DNA from: Candidatus Aenigmatarchaeota archaeon
Lineage (GTDB): Archaea > Aenigmatarchaeota > Aenigmatarchaeia > PWEA01 > JACQIF01
Reading direction: 5' to 3'
Assembly (NCBI GenBank): GCA_016432325.1
Contig: CP066684.1
Span: forward strand, 1-64,000
DNA length: 64,000 nt
The position numbers were made by a program, and so were the translations under genes. Below, one piece after another: positions 18,586 to 28,189 of this stretch. The notes beneath the pieces are model-generated. The model was given only the letters and a program-made list of their open reading frames with translations. It made no database searches and was not told the DNA's origin. Each line of letters starts with the position of its first letter. Within the stretch, counting starts at the first letter, position 1.

Positions 18586-21500
18586 TTACTCCTCCTTCGG
18601 GCCGCTTTCGACAACGGACTCCACGATGCCTTCGACGTCTATGGTTCCCCATTCGCTCTTCGAGGGGTCTATCGCGTCTTCGGAAGGCACGAACTGCACT
18701 ATCGCCTTGCGGTCGTCGCGTATCGTGCCGTCGTACTCTATCTTGAGGTCCTGAAGCGCGTTCACGAGGCGGCGTTCCATGTATCCCGAATTGCGCGTTC
18801 GCAACGACTTGTCCATCAAGCCTTCTCGGCCGTTCATGGCGTTGAAGAAGAACTCGAACGGGTTGAGGCCGTCCTTGAAGGAGGCGGCGATGAAGCCGTG
18901 GTCCCTGGGGCCGAGGTCGTCCTTCTGGAAGTGCGAAAGCGTGCGCCCCCTGTAGCCGCGGTGTATCCTGTCTCCTTGCAGCGTCATCTGCCCTATCAGG
19001 CCGCCGAGTTGCGTGATATTGACCATGCTGCCGCGCGCGCCTGAGAGGGCCATCGCAACGATGTCGTTCTCCGGCAGGTCCGCGGCGACCACCTTGCTCG
19101 CGTTTTCCAGAGCCTCTCCGAGAACGCGCATCACGTGCGCCTCCAGGCTTTCCTTCACGGTCAATCCCGGCACTATCTCCATCTTGCCGGCCTTGTAGTC
19201 CTTGAGCACCTTCGCGCACTCTTCGTCGGACGTGTTGACTATCGCGGTTATCTTCCTGCGGGCCGCGGGCGTTATGTCAAGGTCCGACGTGCTTGCCGTG
19301 AAGCCGCGGAAACTGAGATATTCGACGCCGAGATTCGACACGCGGTCGAGGAATGTCTTTGCGGCCTCGCTGCCGTACAGTTTGTCTATCCTGTCGAGCA
19401 ACAGCCCCTTTTCCCCGCCGACGGACTTGGCGTCGACTATGCCCTGGACGAGCGCGCCGTCCTTTATCACGACAGTGGCGTCCTCGTTCTGCGGGCTGCG
19501 CGCGTAGAGCGTGTTGTTGAAGCGCATGTTGAGGTCCTTCGGGAGCACGCGAGAGAACAGCTCCTTGCCCGTCACGTCGCGGTCCACGAACTCTTCTATT
19601 TCGAGGTTGGCGAGTATCTGGTTGGCGACCTCTCTGGGCACGACGGTTCCTTTCTTCGTGAGCACGTAGAGTCCTGACAGGTGGTCCTGTATGCATCCTA
19701 TTATCGGTCCTCCGAAGCGCGGGCTGCGGATGTGTTTCTGCACGAGCATCAGCATCTCGGCCTCTGTGCGGGCCTCCTCCGTCTGCGGTACGTGCAGGTT
19801 CATCTCGTCGCCGTCAAAGTCGGCGTTGTAAGGGGCGCAGGCGCACAGGTTGAGGCGGAAGGTGCGGCCGGGCATGATTCGCACGCGGTGGGCCATTATG
19901 GACATGCGGTGCAGGGACGGTTGGCGGTTGAACAGCACGACGTCGCCGTCCCTCAGGTGGCGCTCCACTGTGTATCCGACTTCTATCTCTTCCGTGATCT
20001 CGTCCTTGTTTTCGTTGGTGATCTTCTTCTTTCTGCCGTCGGGCCTTACTATGTAGTTCGCGCCGTCCAGTTCGTCCGGGCCGCGCTTGGCGTATGCCTT
20101 CAGCGACGCCACGTTCGATTCGTTGACCTTGACAGGGATTGTCAGTTCTTTGGCCACTTCGACAGGCACTCCGACCTGGTCTATGCTGAGCTTGGAGTCC
20201 GGAGATATGACCGTACGGGAAGAGAAGTTCACGCGCTTGCCCGTGAGATTGTTGCGGAAACGCCCTTCCTTGCCCTTAAGCCTCTGCGTTATCGTGCGCA
20301 ACGCGCGGCCGGAGCGGTGGCGCGCGGGCGGAACGCCTGACAGGTCGTTGTCGAAGTATGTCGAAACGTGGTACTGCAGGAGCTCGTGGAGGTCTTCCAC
20401 TATGAAGTCTGGCGCGCCTATGGAGATGTTGTCGCGCAGCCTCTGGTTGATGCGCACGATGTCGACGAGCTTGTGCGTCAGGTCGTCTTCGGAACGTTCT
20501 CCGGTTTCCAGGGTTATCGACGGGCGCATGGTCGTCGGCGGTATCGGCATGAGCGTTATAACCATCCATTCCGGCCTGCCCCCGCGGATGCCGAGCTTCT
20601 GCGCGTCCTCGTCCGGGATGCGTTCGAACCACTCGCGTATCTTGAGCGCGTTGAGAGGCTTGTTGTCCAGCGTGAACGTGTACGGCTTGCCGAGGCGTAT
20701 AGTTCCCTGCTTGGCGCCGCAGTGCTGGCACTTGTTTCTCTTGGACGCGACCACCTCGCCCACGGCCCCTTCGACGTCCTCGACGAAGCGCCTCGTGTCG
20801 AGGGCGCGTCCGCATACTTCGCATGTGGAACGCAGCAGTTTGTACAGCGTCTTGATGTAGCGCACGTGTATTATCGGGCGCGCGAGTTCGATGAAGCCGA
20901 AGTGCCCGAGGCACGTTCCGACGCCGCCTCCGCAGATGCGGCAACGCATGCCGGGATCTATGACGCCGAGTCTCGGGTCCATCACGCCGCCGTCTATCGG
21001 GTAGCCGTCGCGGTCGTAAAGCTCGGGCCTCGATATTTCGACGGTTCCTATCTTCCTGATGAGCGCCGACGATACGATGGAGAAGCTTATCGACTGTATC
21101 TTGTGCGGTTTCGAGGCCGTGACGTTGAGCCTTGGCAGGACCATCAGGGCCTTGAGTTCGTCGAGCATCAGCTTGAAGGCGTATGACATCTCGACGTCGG
21201 CGGTCTTGGAGGTCTTGCACTGCACGCAGTATACCTTGTTCTTGTTCCAGTCGTGTACGGCGATCAGCCCGCATTTTGTGCAGACCGGGATGGTGGCGGC
21301 GTCCGACGAGAAGCGTTCCTTGAGCAGCAACGACGCCCCGTGGGCGATGAGACAGTCCTTTTCCATTTCTCCGAAACGCAGACCGCCTTCGTTTGCGCGG
21401 CCTTCGGTCGGCTGCTTGGTCAGCAGGGCGACAGGACCGCGCGAGCGGGCGTGTATCTTGTTCGCGACCATGTGTTCGAGGCGCAAGTAGTATACGGAAC

Positions 21501-22902
21501 CGATAAATATCTCAGCTTCCATCAGCCTGCCTGTGCGGCCGTTGTACATCCTCTCCTTGCCGTCGCTCCTGAAGCCGAGCTTGCGCAGAAGAGCGCGTAT
21601 GTCATCCTCGCGTTCGCCGTTGAACATTGTGCCGTCCACGATCCTGCCGTCGAGGGCGCCTGCCTTGCCGCCTATCATCTCCAACAGCTGGCCGACCGTG
21701 AGACGCGACGGTATGGCGTGCGGGTTCATTATCACGTCAGGAGCGACCCCGTTCTCCGTGAAAGGCATGTCTTCCTCGGGTACGATGAGGCCGATGACTC
21801 CCTTTTGCCCGTGGCGCGACGCGAACTTGTCCCCTATCTCCGGTATCCTCTGTTCGCGGACCGTCAGCTTCACCATCTTGTTGCCGTCCTTGCTCTCGGT
21901 CAGGAGCACCTTGTCGACGACGCCCGTTTCCCCGTTGCGCATGGTGAGAGAGGTCTCGCGGCGGTTGTGTATGCCGGCCAGGAACTCGTCGCGGCCGAGG
22001 AAACGCAGAGGCGACGTCTTGCCGACCAGAACGTCCCCGCCAACGACGGCGCTTTCAGGCGATATGAGGCCGTCTTCCTCGAGAGGCCCGTACAATTTTT
22101 CGGACAGGTAGCCGCGCACGTCTTTCTCCGGTACTTTTATCTCATCAACCTGACCGCCGCCGTATCTCATCTCCTCCGTTTGGTATGTGCGGTAGAAGAA
22201 CGAACGGCCGAAGCCCCTTTCGACTGAGGCTTTGTTGACGATGACGGCGTCCTGCATGTTGTAGCCGTCGTATGATGCCAGAGCGATGACCACGTTCTGG
22301 CCTGCGGGGTGGCGGTCCAGCCCAAGTATGGGATACGTGGAGGTGCCGACGAGAGGGACCTGGGGATAGACGAGCGTGTTCGACTTCGTGTCGGTGCGCA
22401 TGTTGTAGTTGGACGCGTAGAGGCCCAGAGTCTGGCCTACCATCTTGGCGCCGAAGTTGACGCGGTCTCCGCGGTCATATTCTCCGTAGGGGATGACAGA
22501 CGACGAGACTCCGAGTATGACGAGCGGGTTCAGCTCGAGATGCGTGGTGCTCTTGTTGATGTCTTTCTCATAAAGCGCGACGATCGAGTTCTCCTCTTCT
22601 TCGGTGTCCAGGTACTCAATTACTCCTTCCTTGATGAGGTCGTCCCACACGGCCTTGCCTTTCTTCACGTCCTCGACGTGACTCTTGGTCAGCAGGGACT
22701 TGCCGTTCTCCACCACGACGAGAGGCCTGCGAACGCGGCCGCCGTCGGTGTTGATGCGGACTTCGTCCGAAACCTCATCGTAACCGACGTTGACGTGGTG
22801 CGTGACAGAGCCGGCGCGCCTCTTCTGCCTTATGAATCCGGCGAAGTCCAGCGGGCGCTCTGTGGTTCCTATCAGCGCGCCGTTGAGCAATATGTTGGCC
22901 AT
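18586..22902 (-). CDS. Fused RNA polymerase subunits B'-A' (Rpo2C-Rpo1N)
   Basis: aa 1 to about 595: B' (GDKFASRHGQKG, GGLRFGEME, YAFKLMLDEL); remainder: A' (GHFGFIEL, NRQPSLH, YNADFDGDEMN, GYMERRL); no stop at the junction. Confidence 0.93.
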   Translation of the reverse strand: MANILLNGALIGTTERPLDFAGFIRQKRRAGSVTHHVNVGYDEVSDEVRINTDGGRVRRPLVVVENGKSLLTKSHVEDVKKGKAVWDDLIKEGVIEYLDTEEEENSIVALYEKDINKSTTHLELNPLVILGVSSSVIPYGEYDRGDRVNFGAKMVGQTLGLYASNYNMRTDTKSNTLVYPQVPLVGTSTYPILGLDRHPAGQNVVIALASYDGYNMQDAVIVNKASVERGFGRSFFYRTYQTEEMRYGGGQVDEIKVPEKDVRGYLSEKLYGPLEEDGLISPESAVVGGDVLVGKTSPLRFLGRDEFLAGIHNRRETSLTMRNGETGVVDKVLLTESKDGNKMVKLTVREQRIPEIGDKFASRHGQKGVIGLIVPEEDMPFTENGVAPDVIMNPHAIPSRLTVGQLLEMIGGKAGALDGRIVDGTMFNGEREDDIRALLRKLGFRSDGKERMYNGRTGRLMEAEIFIGSVYYLRLEHMVANKIHARSRGPVALLTKQPTEGRANEGGLRFGEMEKDCLIAHGASLLLKERFSSDAATIPVCTKCGLIAVHDWNKNKVYCVQCKTSKTADVEMSYAFKLMLDELKALMVLPRLNVTASKPHKIQSISFSIVSSALIRKIGTVEISRPELYDRDGYPIDGGVMDPRLGVIDPGMRCRICGGGVGTCLGHFGFIELARPIIHVRYIKTLYKLLRSTCEVCGRALDTRRFVEDVEGAVGEVVASKRNKCQHCGAKQGTIRLGKPYTFTLDNKPLNALKIREWFERIPDEDAQKLGIRGGRPEWMVITLMPIPPTTMRPSITLETGERSEDDLTHKLVDIVRINQRLRDNISIGAPDFIVEDLHELLQYHVSTYFDNDLSGVPPARHRSGRALRTITQRLKGKEGRFRNNLTGKRVNFSSRTVISPDSKLSIDQVGVPVEVAKELTIPVKVNESNVASLKAYAKRGPDELDGANYIVRPDGRKKKITNENKDEITEEIEVGYTVERHLRDGDVVLFNRQPSLHRMSIMAHRVRIMPGRTFRLNLCACAPYNADFDGDEMNLHVPQTEEARTEAEMLMLVQKHIRSPRFGGPIIGCIQDHLSGLYVLTKKGTVVPREVANQILANLEIEEFVDRDVTGKELFSRVLPKDLNMRFNNTLYARSPQNEDATVVIKDGALVQGIVDAKSVGGEKGLLLDRIDKLYGSEAAKTFLDRVSNLGVEYLSFRGFTASTSDLDITPAARRKITAIVNTSDEECAKVLKDYKAGKMEIVPGLTVKESLEAHVMRVLGEALENASKVVAADLPENDIVAMALSGARGSMVNITQLGGLIGQMTLQGDRIHRGYRGRTLSHFQKDDLGPRDHGFIAASFKDGLNPFEFFFNAMNGREGLMDKSLRTRNSGYMERRLVNALQDLKIEYDGTIRDDRKAIVQFVPSEDAIDPSKSEWGTIDVEGIVESVVESGPKEE

Positions 22903-22912
22903 AGATACGCAC

Positions 22913-24391
22913 CTACTTCAGTTTGGACTGTATCGCGTCCACGAGTTTCTTGACTTCCTCATCCTTCGCGCCTGTGCTTATCTCAGCCATCAGCGAGAGG
23001 TACTTGCGCAGACCTATCGTCGGGCCTTCAGGAGTTTCCGAAGGATCGAGACGCCCCCAGTGTGTCGCGTGCAGTTCGCGCGCCGCGAAATGCTCTTGCG
23101 TCGTGGAGAGCGGGGAGATGACGTTTCTCAGGTGAGCGACGGAACGCGTGAAGTTTGCGCGTTCGAGACGCTGGGCGACTCCTGAACGGCCGCCTATCCA
23201 CACGCCCGTTGCCATGGAAGAGCGGATCTGGTTGGTCATGACAGTCGATTCGACTACGGTCGATACTGAAGGAACCTTGCCGCGCTTGGCGATTTTCTGG
23301 TAGTTGTAGTTGATGCGGGCGATGAGACCCCACTTGCCCAGCAGGATTCCACGCACGAGCATTTCGAGAAGGTCTCCGGACGTCTTGAGGCGCTTGTTTC
23401 CATAATGGTCTATGTCGTCCTCCTCTATCTCGCCCCTGGCGAGCTGCATGAGCTTGAGGGACATGCGGCCGAGGTAGAGAGCCTTCTTCTTTCTCAGGGA
23501 GCGGTCCTGCCCGATGTGCGGGAGGAGGTAGCGGTCCAGAACCTGTTCCGACTTCTCGTGCTTCTGTTCCTTCTGTGAGAGCTTCATCTTCTTGCTGATG
23601 TATTCCAGCGCGTCCTCGGACGTGGTGACGTCGGCCTCGTAGAGGTTTGAGTATATCTCTTCGATGTATTTTTCCTCGGACGTTATCGCTTCTATTATTT
23701 CCTTGTCGCTCTCAAGCCCGAGAGCGCGCATCAGAACGACTATGGGAAGGTCCTTGATGTTTGCGACGCTCGAGACTACTATCAAGCCGTCCGCCTTGCG
23801 CATGAGCATGTGCCTCTGCGCCCAGCCGCGGCTCTCGCTGTTGATGCGCATCGTCGCGACGTCCTCTTTCATTTCGAGAATCGGTTTGTTGGGCGCCACC
23901 TCTTCGATAAGGACCAGCGCCTTCTCCGTGCCGTTGACTATGAAATAGCCGCCCGGGTCGTCCGGATCCTCTCCGGCCTTCACGAGATCCTCTTCCTTCA
24001 TTCCGGCCAGAGGGCAGAGGACGCTCTTGAGCATTATTGGAATCTCTCCGATCTTGACTTCGCTCGTGGTCTGCTCGACCCCTCCTACGATGGGAGTCAT
24101 CTCGAGGAACACGGGAGCCGAGTAGGTCAGGTCGCGCAGCCTCGCTTCCATCGGCAGTATTTCGCGCATCGAACCGTCGGCCTCTTTCACCGACGGCTTG
24201 CCGAAGCGGACTTCTCCGAGCTTGACGCGGAAGTTGGCCAGCCTTTCGCTTTCCGGGGTTATCTCCCCGATTTCGTCGACGATTCTCTGGAAGCGCGATT
24301 TGACAAACACGTTGAAGCTGTCTATCTGGAACCTGACGAGCCCGCGGCTCTTCACGAACGATCCGAGCAGATGTTCAAAATCACTCGCCAT
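22913..24391 (-). CDS. rpoB2: RNA polymerase subunit B'' (Rpo2N)
   Basis: QIDSFN, EARLRDLTY, GGYFIVNG, DHYGNKR, ETPEG. Confidence 0.96.
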   Translation of the reverse strand: MASDFEHLLGSFVKSRGLVRFQIDSFNVFVKSRFQRIVDEIGEITPESERLANFRVKLGEVRFGKPSVKEADGSMREILPMEARLRDLTYSAPVFLEMTPIVGGVEQTTSEVKIGEIPIMLKSVLCPLAGMKEEDLVKAGEDPDDPGGYFIVNGTEKALVLIEEVAPNKPILEMKEDVATMRINSESRGWAQRHMLMRKADGLIVVSSVANIKDLPIVVLMRALGLESDKEIIEAITSEEKYIEEIYSNLYEADVTTSEDALEYISKKMKLSQKEQKHEKSEQVLDRYLLPHIGQDRSLRKKKALYLGRMSLKLMQLARGEIEEDDIDHYGNKRLKTSGDLLEMLVRGILLGKWGLIARINYNYQKIAKRGKVPSVSTVVESTVMTNQIRSSMATGVWIGGRSGVAQRLERANFTRSVAHLRNVISPLSTTQEHFAARELHATHWGRLDPSETPEGPTIGLRKYLSLMAEISTGAKDEEVKKLVDAIQSKLK

Positions 24392-24671
24392 GCGATACAC
24401 CCACAACGTATCTGTAGTAGACCGTCTTCCCCGCGGTCTGGCTCTTGCGCATTATCCTCACGACGTCTCCTGCCTTAGCTCCGATTTCCTTGGCCGCGGG
24501 ATCGTTTGCCGATATTTTTGGAAGCTGCTGTTCGCTGACGTTGAACTTCTTCAGCAGGTCGGCCTTTTCTTCCTTGCCCATTATCTCGTGCTTCGGCACC
24601 ATCGAGTGTTCGGAGACGCGAATCTCCTTGTCCTCGTCGGCCGTTTCCTTTACCTTGGTCTTTGCTGCCAT
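24381..24671 (-). CDS. rpoH: RNA polymerase subunit H (Rpo5)
   Basis: HSMVPKHEI, QLPKI...DP, GDVVRI.RKS.TAG...YYR. Confidence 0.97.
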   Translation of the reverse strand: MAAKTKVKETADEDKEIRVSEHSMVPKHEIMGKEEKADLLKKFNVSEQQLPKISANDPAAKEIGAKAGDVVRIMRKSQTAGKTVYYRYVVGVSHGE

Positions 24672-24713
24672 ACCGAACACCATTTCTGATACGCTCGACC
24701 GACGAACTCCAAT

Positions 24714-24798
24714 GGCGGTGCACGAGAAGCTTCGCTTCTCGGCATATGCCGAAAGCACGGCTTTCCGTGCAGCCTCTTGGAAAGACGCGCTTTCCAAA
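24714..24798. repeat. Branched palindromic element plus adjacent TTGGAAAG/CTTTCCAA hairpin
   Basis: GCACG-[CGAGAAGC/GCTTCTCG]-[GAAAGC/GCTTTC]-CGTGC; homologous to the insertion in polB. Confidence 0.75.
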
Positions 24799-24818
24799 CG
24801 CCCTTGCCTTGAATGTCA

Positions 24819-24932
24819 TGGCGGGCCCGGTGGGATTCGAACCCACGGCGCTCCGGTTCCACCTTGCGGAAGATTGCTATCTTCCATTAGCCACTAAGAG
24901 CCGGATGCTCTACCAAACTGAGCTACGAGCCC
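24819..24932 (-). tRNA. tRNA-Lys(CTT) with 37-nt intron at 37/38 (24858-24894)
   Basis: Full cloverleaf after intron removal; TCCGG-CTCTTA|A-CCGGA; encoded CCA. Confidence 0.9.
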
Positions 24933-24935
24933 TGT

Positions 24936-25037
24936 TGGCGCCGCGATCGGGATTTGAACCCGAGTCAGAGCTGTGACAGAGCTCTATGCTTAGCCCAGTG
25001 TTTTCGAACACATGATAGGCCACTACACCATCGCGGC
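24936..25037 (-). tRNA. tRNA-Asp(GTC) with 26-nt D-loop intron at about 21/22 (24990-25015)
   Basis: GAGCT-CTGTCAC-AGCTC arm; BHB-like GGCC:GGCT helix with bulges TA|T and AA|G; encoded CCA. Confidence 0.9.
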
Positions 25038-25094
25038 ACTGTTGACGCGATATGGAAAGCTCGGCTTTCCAAGCATCGCGGCACTGTTGACGCG
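25029..25094. repeat. 21-bp direct repeat flanking a hairpin at the tRNA-Asp 5' end
   Basis: CATCGCGGCACTGTTGACGCG at 25029 and 25074, around TGGAAAGC-TCG-GCTTTCCA. Confidence 0.85.
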
Positions 25095-25282
25095 CACTAT
25101 CGTTGCGCGCTCCTCCACTTTTTGTGGAGAAGACTGATTGCTTCGTAGCACAGTTAAAACTAGAGCGAGATATCGAACTCATGCTGAACGGTGAGCTTAC
25201 CAAACTATCCAACCCCGGGGCCTCGATGACTATCAAAGTGCTGGAATTTGCATTCCAACATTACGGTCCGATGACCATAAGT

Positions 25283-25401
25283 GCTGACAGCGTCCTGACT
25301 TTCCCGTTGCATGCGCAACAGTACACGCCATATCGCTGAAGGGCTTAACTTCCAGGTTCGAAATGGAGACTGGGTGTTTCCCCTTCGCTTTGGCCGTCAG
25401 C
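25283..25401 (-). rRNA. rrf: 5S rRNA (unlinked from 16S/23S)
   Basis: 119 nt; terminal helix GCTGAC/GTCAGC; CACCC...CCATTTCGAAC...GAAGTTAAGC, GTACTG, GGGAA motifs. Confidence 0.93.
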
Positions 25402-25640
25402 GTCCTCTATGGTCTTAACAAGGCTTTTAAAGCTTTCGGTGATTGTCGAACCGGCCTTTAACGCCACTTATGGGGCTTAATGGATTTGTTTAGAGGGCGC
25501 GTCTGCCGGAAAAAGGGCAAAAATAGGCTTCCAGGCGCGTAAGCGCCGCTTCATGAGAGTCCGCGGCTTCGCATCCTGACGTTCTTCAGTTCGACACTTA
25601 GCCCCGAATCTTTATATGCAGGAATGGACTGAATCTCGCC

Positions 25641-25832
25641 ATGGCAAAGAAAATGATGGACATGGGCGCATCGTGTTGCTCCTGTGGTTGTCCGCATCAC
25701 AAGTGGGCTCCCGCGTTCGGCTTGATCGTGGCCGGCGGAGTTTACCTGTATACGGTCAGCTGGGGATGGACTATAATCGCGCTCGGCGCCATGAAGCTGC
25801 TCGGCGGCTTCTGCAAGTGCTGCAACTGCTGA
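25641..25832 (+). CDS. Small Cys-rich two-TM membrane protein
   Basis: CCSCGCPHH N-terminus, two hydrophobic segments, CKCCNC C-terminus; TTTATA box upstream. Confidence 0.65.
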   Translation: MAKKMMDMGASCCSCGCPHHKWAPAFGLIVAGGVYLYTVSWGWTIIALGAMKLLGGFCKCCNC

Positions 25833-25882
25833 CAGAGGACGCGTTATTGATTTCGTTTAGCGTCGGCTCTGTCGGAAAATTA

Positions 25883-26100
25883 TGGTCCCGGGAGCGTGAT
25901 TTTCATGCACCGCCGGAAGGCGGAGTTTCTTTGCACGCGTGCTTTCTTTTTAAAGAAAGCCCGCTTTGAACACGCGACCCGCCGGTTTCTATTTGCGAAC
26001 AACGGCTACTCGTTTTCGCGCTAGGCGAAAAGTCTACAGCCGGCTGCTCTGTGGCGAATCCGTTCGCGCGAACGGCCAACTACCGCTGAGCTACCCCGGG
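25883..26100 (-). tRNA. tRNA-Tyr(GTA) with three introns: D-loop (31 nt), 37/38 (47 nt), 59/60 (65 nt)
   Basis: Removing them gives a 75-nt cloverleaf with C1-G72 and A73 archaeal Tyr identity; BHB helices CTGT:ATAG and TTCA:TGAA. Confidence 0.88.
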
Positions 26101-26185
26101 ATTTTCGAACAACCTCGAACCGGGTTCGAGGATTGCCTGAGGTTGCGACGAGAAGGTATAAAAGGCTTTGCGGGTATGCCTATCC

Positions 26186-26548
26186 ATGGACGCCATACTC
26201 AAACGGGCCCGTGAAGAGGACACTGAGTTCCTGTTCTTTCACGTCATGGGCAACGCACTCTTCCCCGTGCAAATGTATGAGCATATGTACGCGCGGACGG
26301 GCGACCCGGAGGCGATGATGAATCTCGTCCGCGTCAAGAGAATCTTCTACGAGAGGTTGGATGCCTTCGAGGAAAGCGGATACAGGCCGAACGAAAGAAT
26401 AAACCCTGCCAGCGTGGCGAGAATACACGAATTCAAACGCAGAATATGGACCGGCGGAACCCTGGAAGAACTAAAGAGTTACATGCATTCGATGAAGGTC
26501 CCGCGCTCACTGCACGTTCTTCCTGCTGCCGACGGGCATCTCGTTTGA
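26186..26548 (+). CDS. Hypothetical protein
   Basis: ORF from MDAILK with TATAAA box upstream. Confidence 0.55.
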   Translation: MDAILKRAREEDTEFLFFHVMGNALFPVQMYEHMYARTGDPEAMMNLVRVKRIFYERLDAFEESGYRPNERINPASVARIHEFKRRIWTGGTLEELKSYMHSMKVPRSLHVLPAADGHLV

Positions 26549-27922
26549 ATGCACGCGGTACTCGCGGCCCAGCCGCATGCCCTCGACTATGGCCGAAGGC
26601 AGGACGAACGAATCCACTGCCCCGACGGTCGTGGCAATCTTGTAGTGGAACATCCGGGTTTCTCCCCGTTTCATCTCTTTCACGCGCCAGACGAGTTCCG
26701 TTCCCGCCTCGACGAACTTGGCGCGTTCCGGCTGAACCTTGAAATCCTTGAAGACGCGTGCGACGGCAGGCACAAAGTCGCGGACTACTACGTTCTTCAG
26801 CGCCGTCGGCGTCGTATTCTTTATCTCAACGGCAATCGCGAACTCCTGTATGTCGTCCTTCTGCCTTCTCGATGAAAGCACGAGCTTTCGTATGTTTGGC
26901 CTCTTGCTGATTATGTATATCTGGTACGCGGCCGCGAGAACGACGAGCAGTATTATGTAGAATGGCCAGTAGCGAACCGTGTGCGTCACGGTCTCGCTCT
27001 CTCCCGGTTTCAGCGTAACCGTCCATGTGTACAGGACTTTCCCGTCTTGTTCCGACACTGCCGCGCCGGGCGCATCCGTGAAAACATTGAACGGCTTCGC
27101 AACCTCGGCTGTCACCGTTTCAGTACTCTCCGTGTTGCCTCGGTTGGTGAAAACGGTAGTCGTCGTGGAACTTAGGATTCCTTTGTCATCCTGGATGTTC
27201 TTGTCTATGATGTCGATTGCCTCTATCGTGAACTTCTTTTCCACGGTATCTAGAAGATCCTCGTCCTTTGTCAGAGTTATGCGCAGCGTGTACTGTCCCG
27301 GTTTGATAAGCTTGGTAACTTCGAGCTGTCTTTCTATCGTTTCTGTTTCGCCTCGGGACAATGATATGGTTGCGCTCTCGAACTGGATGTCCTGAGGGCC
27401 GGACGCGGTCATTTCGACTTCGACGTTGCGAAATTCCTCGGTGCCGACGTTCTCGGCGACGGCCGTCAGCTTGAGAGTTTCTCCGGGCCCTACGCTGTCG
27501 TCGGCGAACGCCACTCCTGTGATGACCACGCGGTCAACGCGTTTTATTATCAGGCAGACGCTCGTCTCGGCCTGCACGCTGTCGTTCTTGTCGGAGTACA
27601 CTGTGACAGGAATGTAGTAGAAACCGGAGGGCGCGCTCTGCGGAGCCGCGGCCGTGAGTTCGAATGTTCCGCTGCCGCCGCTTGCCAGTTTGACTGACGT
27701 GCCGTCGAATATCACCCAGCTGCGTTGCGGCCCTATGGCGGTTATCCTGAACGTGTCGCTGAATTCCTGATCGTTTGTGACGCCGATGGAATAGTGTCCC
27801 GGCGTTACGGCGCACGCCTGGTCGGCCTGTATGGTAATTCCTGCGGCCGCCGCCGGCTGCGCGTTGAGCGCAAACACGGCCAGCAGAACAGCGAGTAATA
27901 CAAATCTGCGCGCGCTTCCCAT
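26507..27922 (-). CDS. Exported Ig-like (CARDB-type) multidomain membrane protein
   Basis: Signal peptide, PGETLKLTA..ENVG and PGQYTLRI repeats, TM helix, cytoplasmic beta domain. Confidence 0.75.
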   Translation of the reverse strand: MGSARRFVLLAVLLAVFALNAQPAAAAGITIQADQACAVTPGHYSIGVTNDQEFSDTFRITAIGPQRSWVIFDGTSVKLASGGSGTFELTAAAPQSAPSGFYYIPVTVYSDKNDSVQAETSVCLIIKRVDRVVITGVAFADDSVGPGETLKLTAVAENVGTEEFRNVEVEMTASGPQDIQFESATISLSRGETETIERQLEVTKLIKPGQYTLRITLTKDEDLLDTVEKKFTIEAIDIIDKNIQDDKGILSSTTTTVFTNRGNTESTETVTAEVAKPFNVFTDAPGAAVSEQDGKVLYTWTVTLKPGESETVTHTVRYWPFYIILLVVLAAAYQIYIISKRPNIRKLVLSSRRQKDDIQEFAIAVEIKNTTPTALKNVVVRDFVPAVARVFKDFKVQPERAKFVEAGTELVWRVKEMKRGETRMFHYKIATTVGAVDSFVLPSAIVEGMRLGREYRVHSNEMPVGSRKNVQ

Positions 27923-27994
27923 GGAAGACAGTTCCGTCGGCCAGAATATAAAGGCTTCCCGACTGTGGAGGGAAGCTTGAACAGCGGTTCACGC

Positions 27995-28189
27995 TCAAAC
28001 CTTGAACTGAGCCACCTGGCCGATGATGTCCGCGTGCGCTATCATCGTCTGCCTGCAGCAGAAGCGGTCAAGCCCGAAAGAATCGAGCAGTTCCTTTGAC
28101 TTCTTGCCCTTCTTCAGGCCGTTCTTGTAGTCGTCCCAGTACTGGGCGACCGGCTTTCCGCACGAAAAACATCTGATTGGTACCATCAT
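27995..28189 (-). CDS. rpoN: RNA polymerase subunit N (Rpo10)
   Basis: MMVPIRCFSCGK...RFCCR. Confidence 0.97.
   Translation of the reverse strand: MMVPIRCFSCGKPVAQYWDDYKNGLKKGKKSKELLDSFGLDRFCCRQTMIAHADIIGQVAQFKV

Noticed and set aside
18586-22902. Intein explaining the long RNA polymerase ORF
   Set aside because: The length is accounted for by B' plus A'; no intein termini or LAGLIDADG motifs seen
24445-25339. ORFs spanning the tRNA/5S region, and 60880 as the start of the 61054 gene
   Set aside because: They overlap structural RNA genes; better explained as spurious ORFs or over-extended starts
25283-25401. Unlinked 5S rRNA as a novelty
   Set aside because: Unlinked 5S genes clustered with tRNAs are common in archaea
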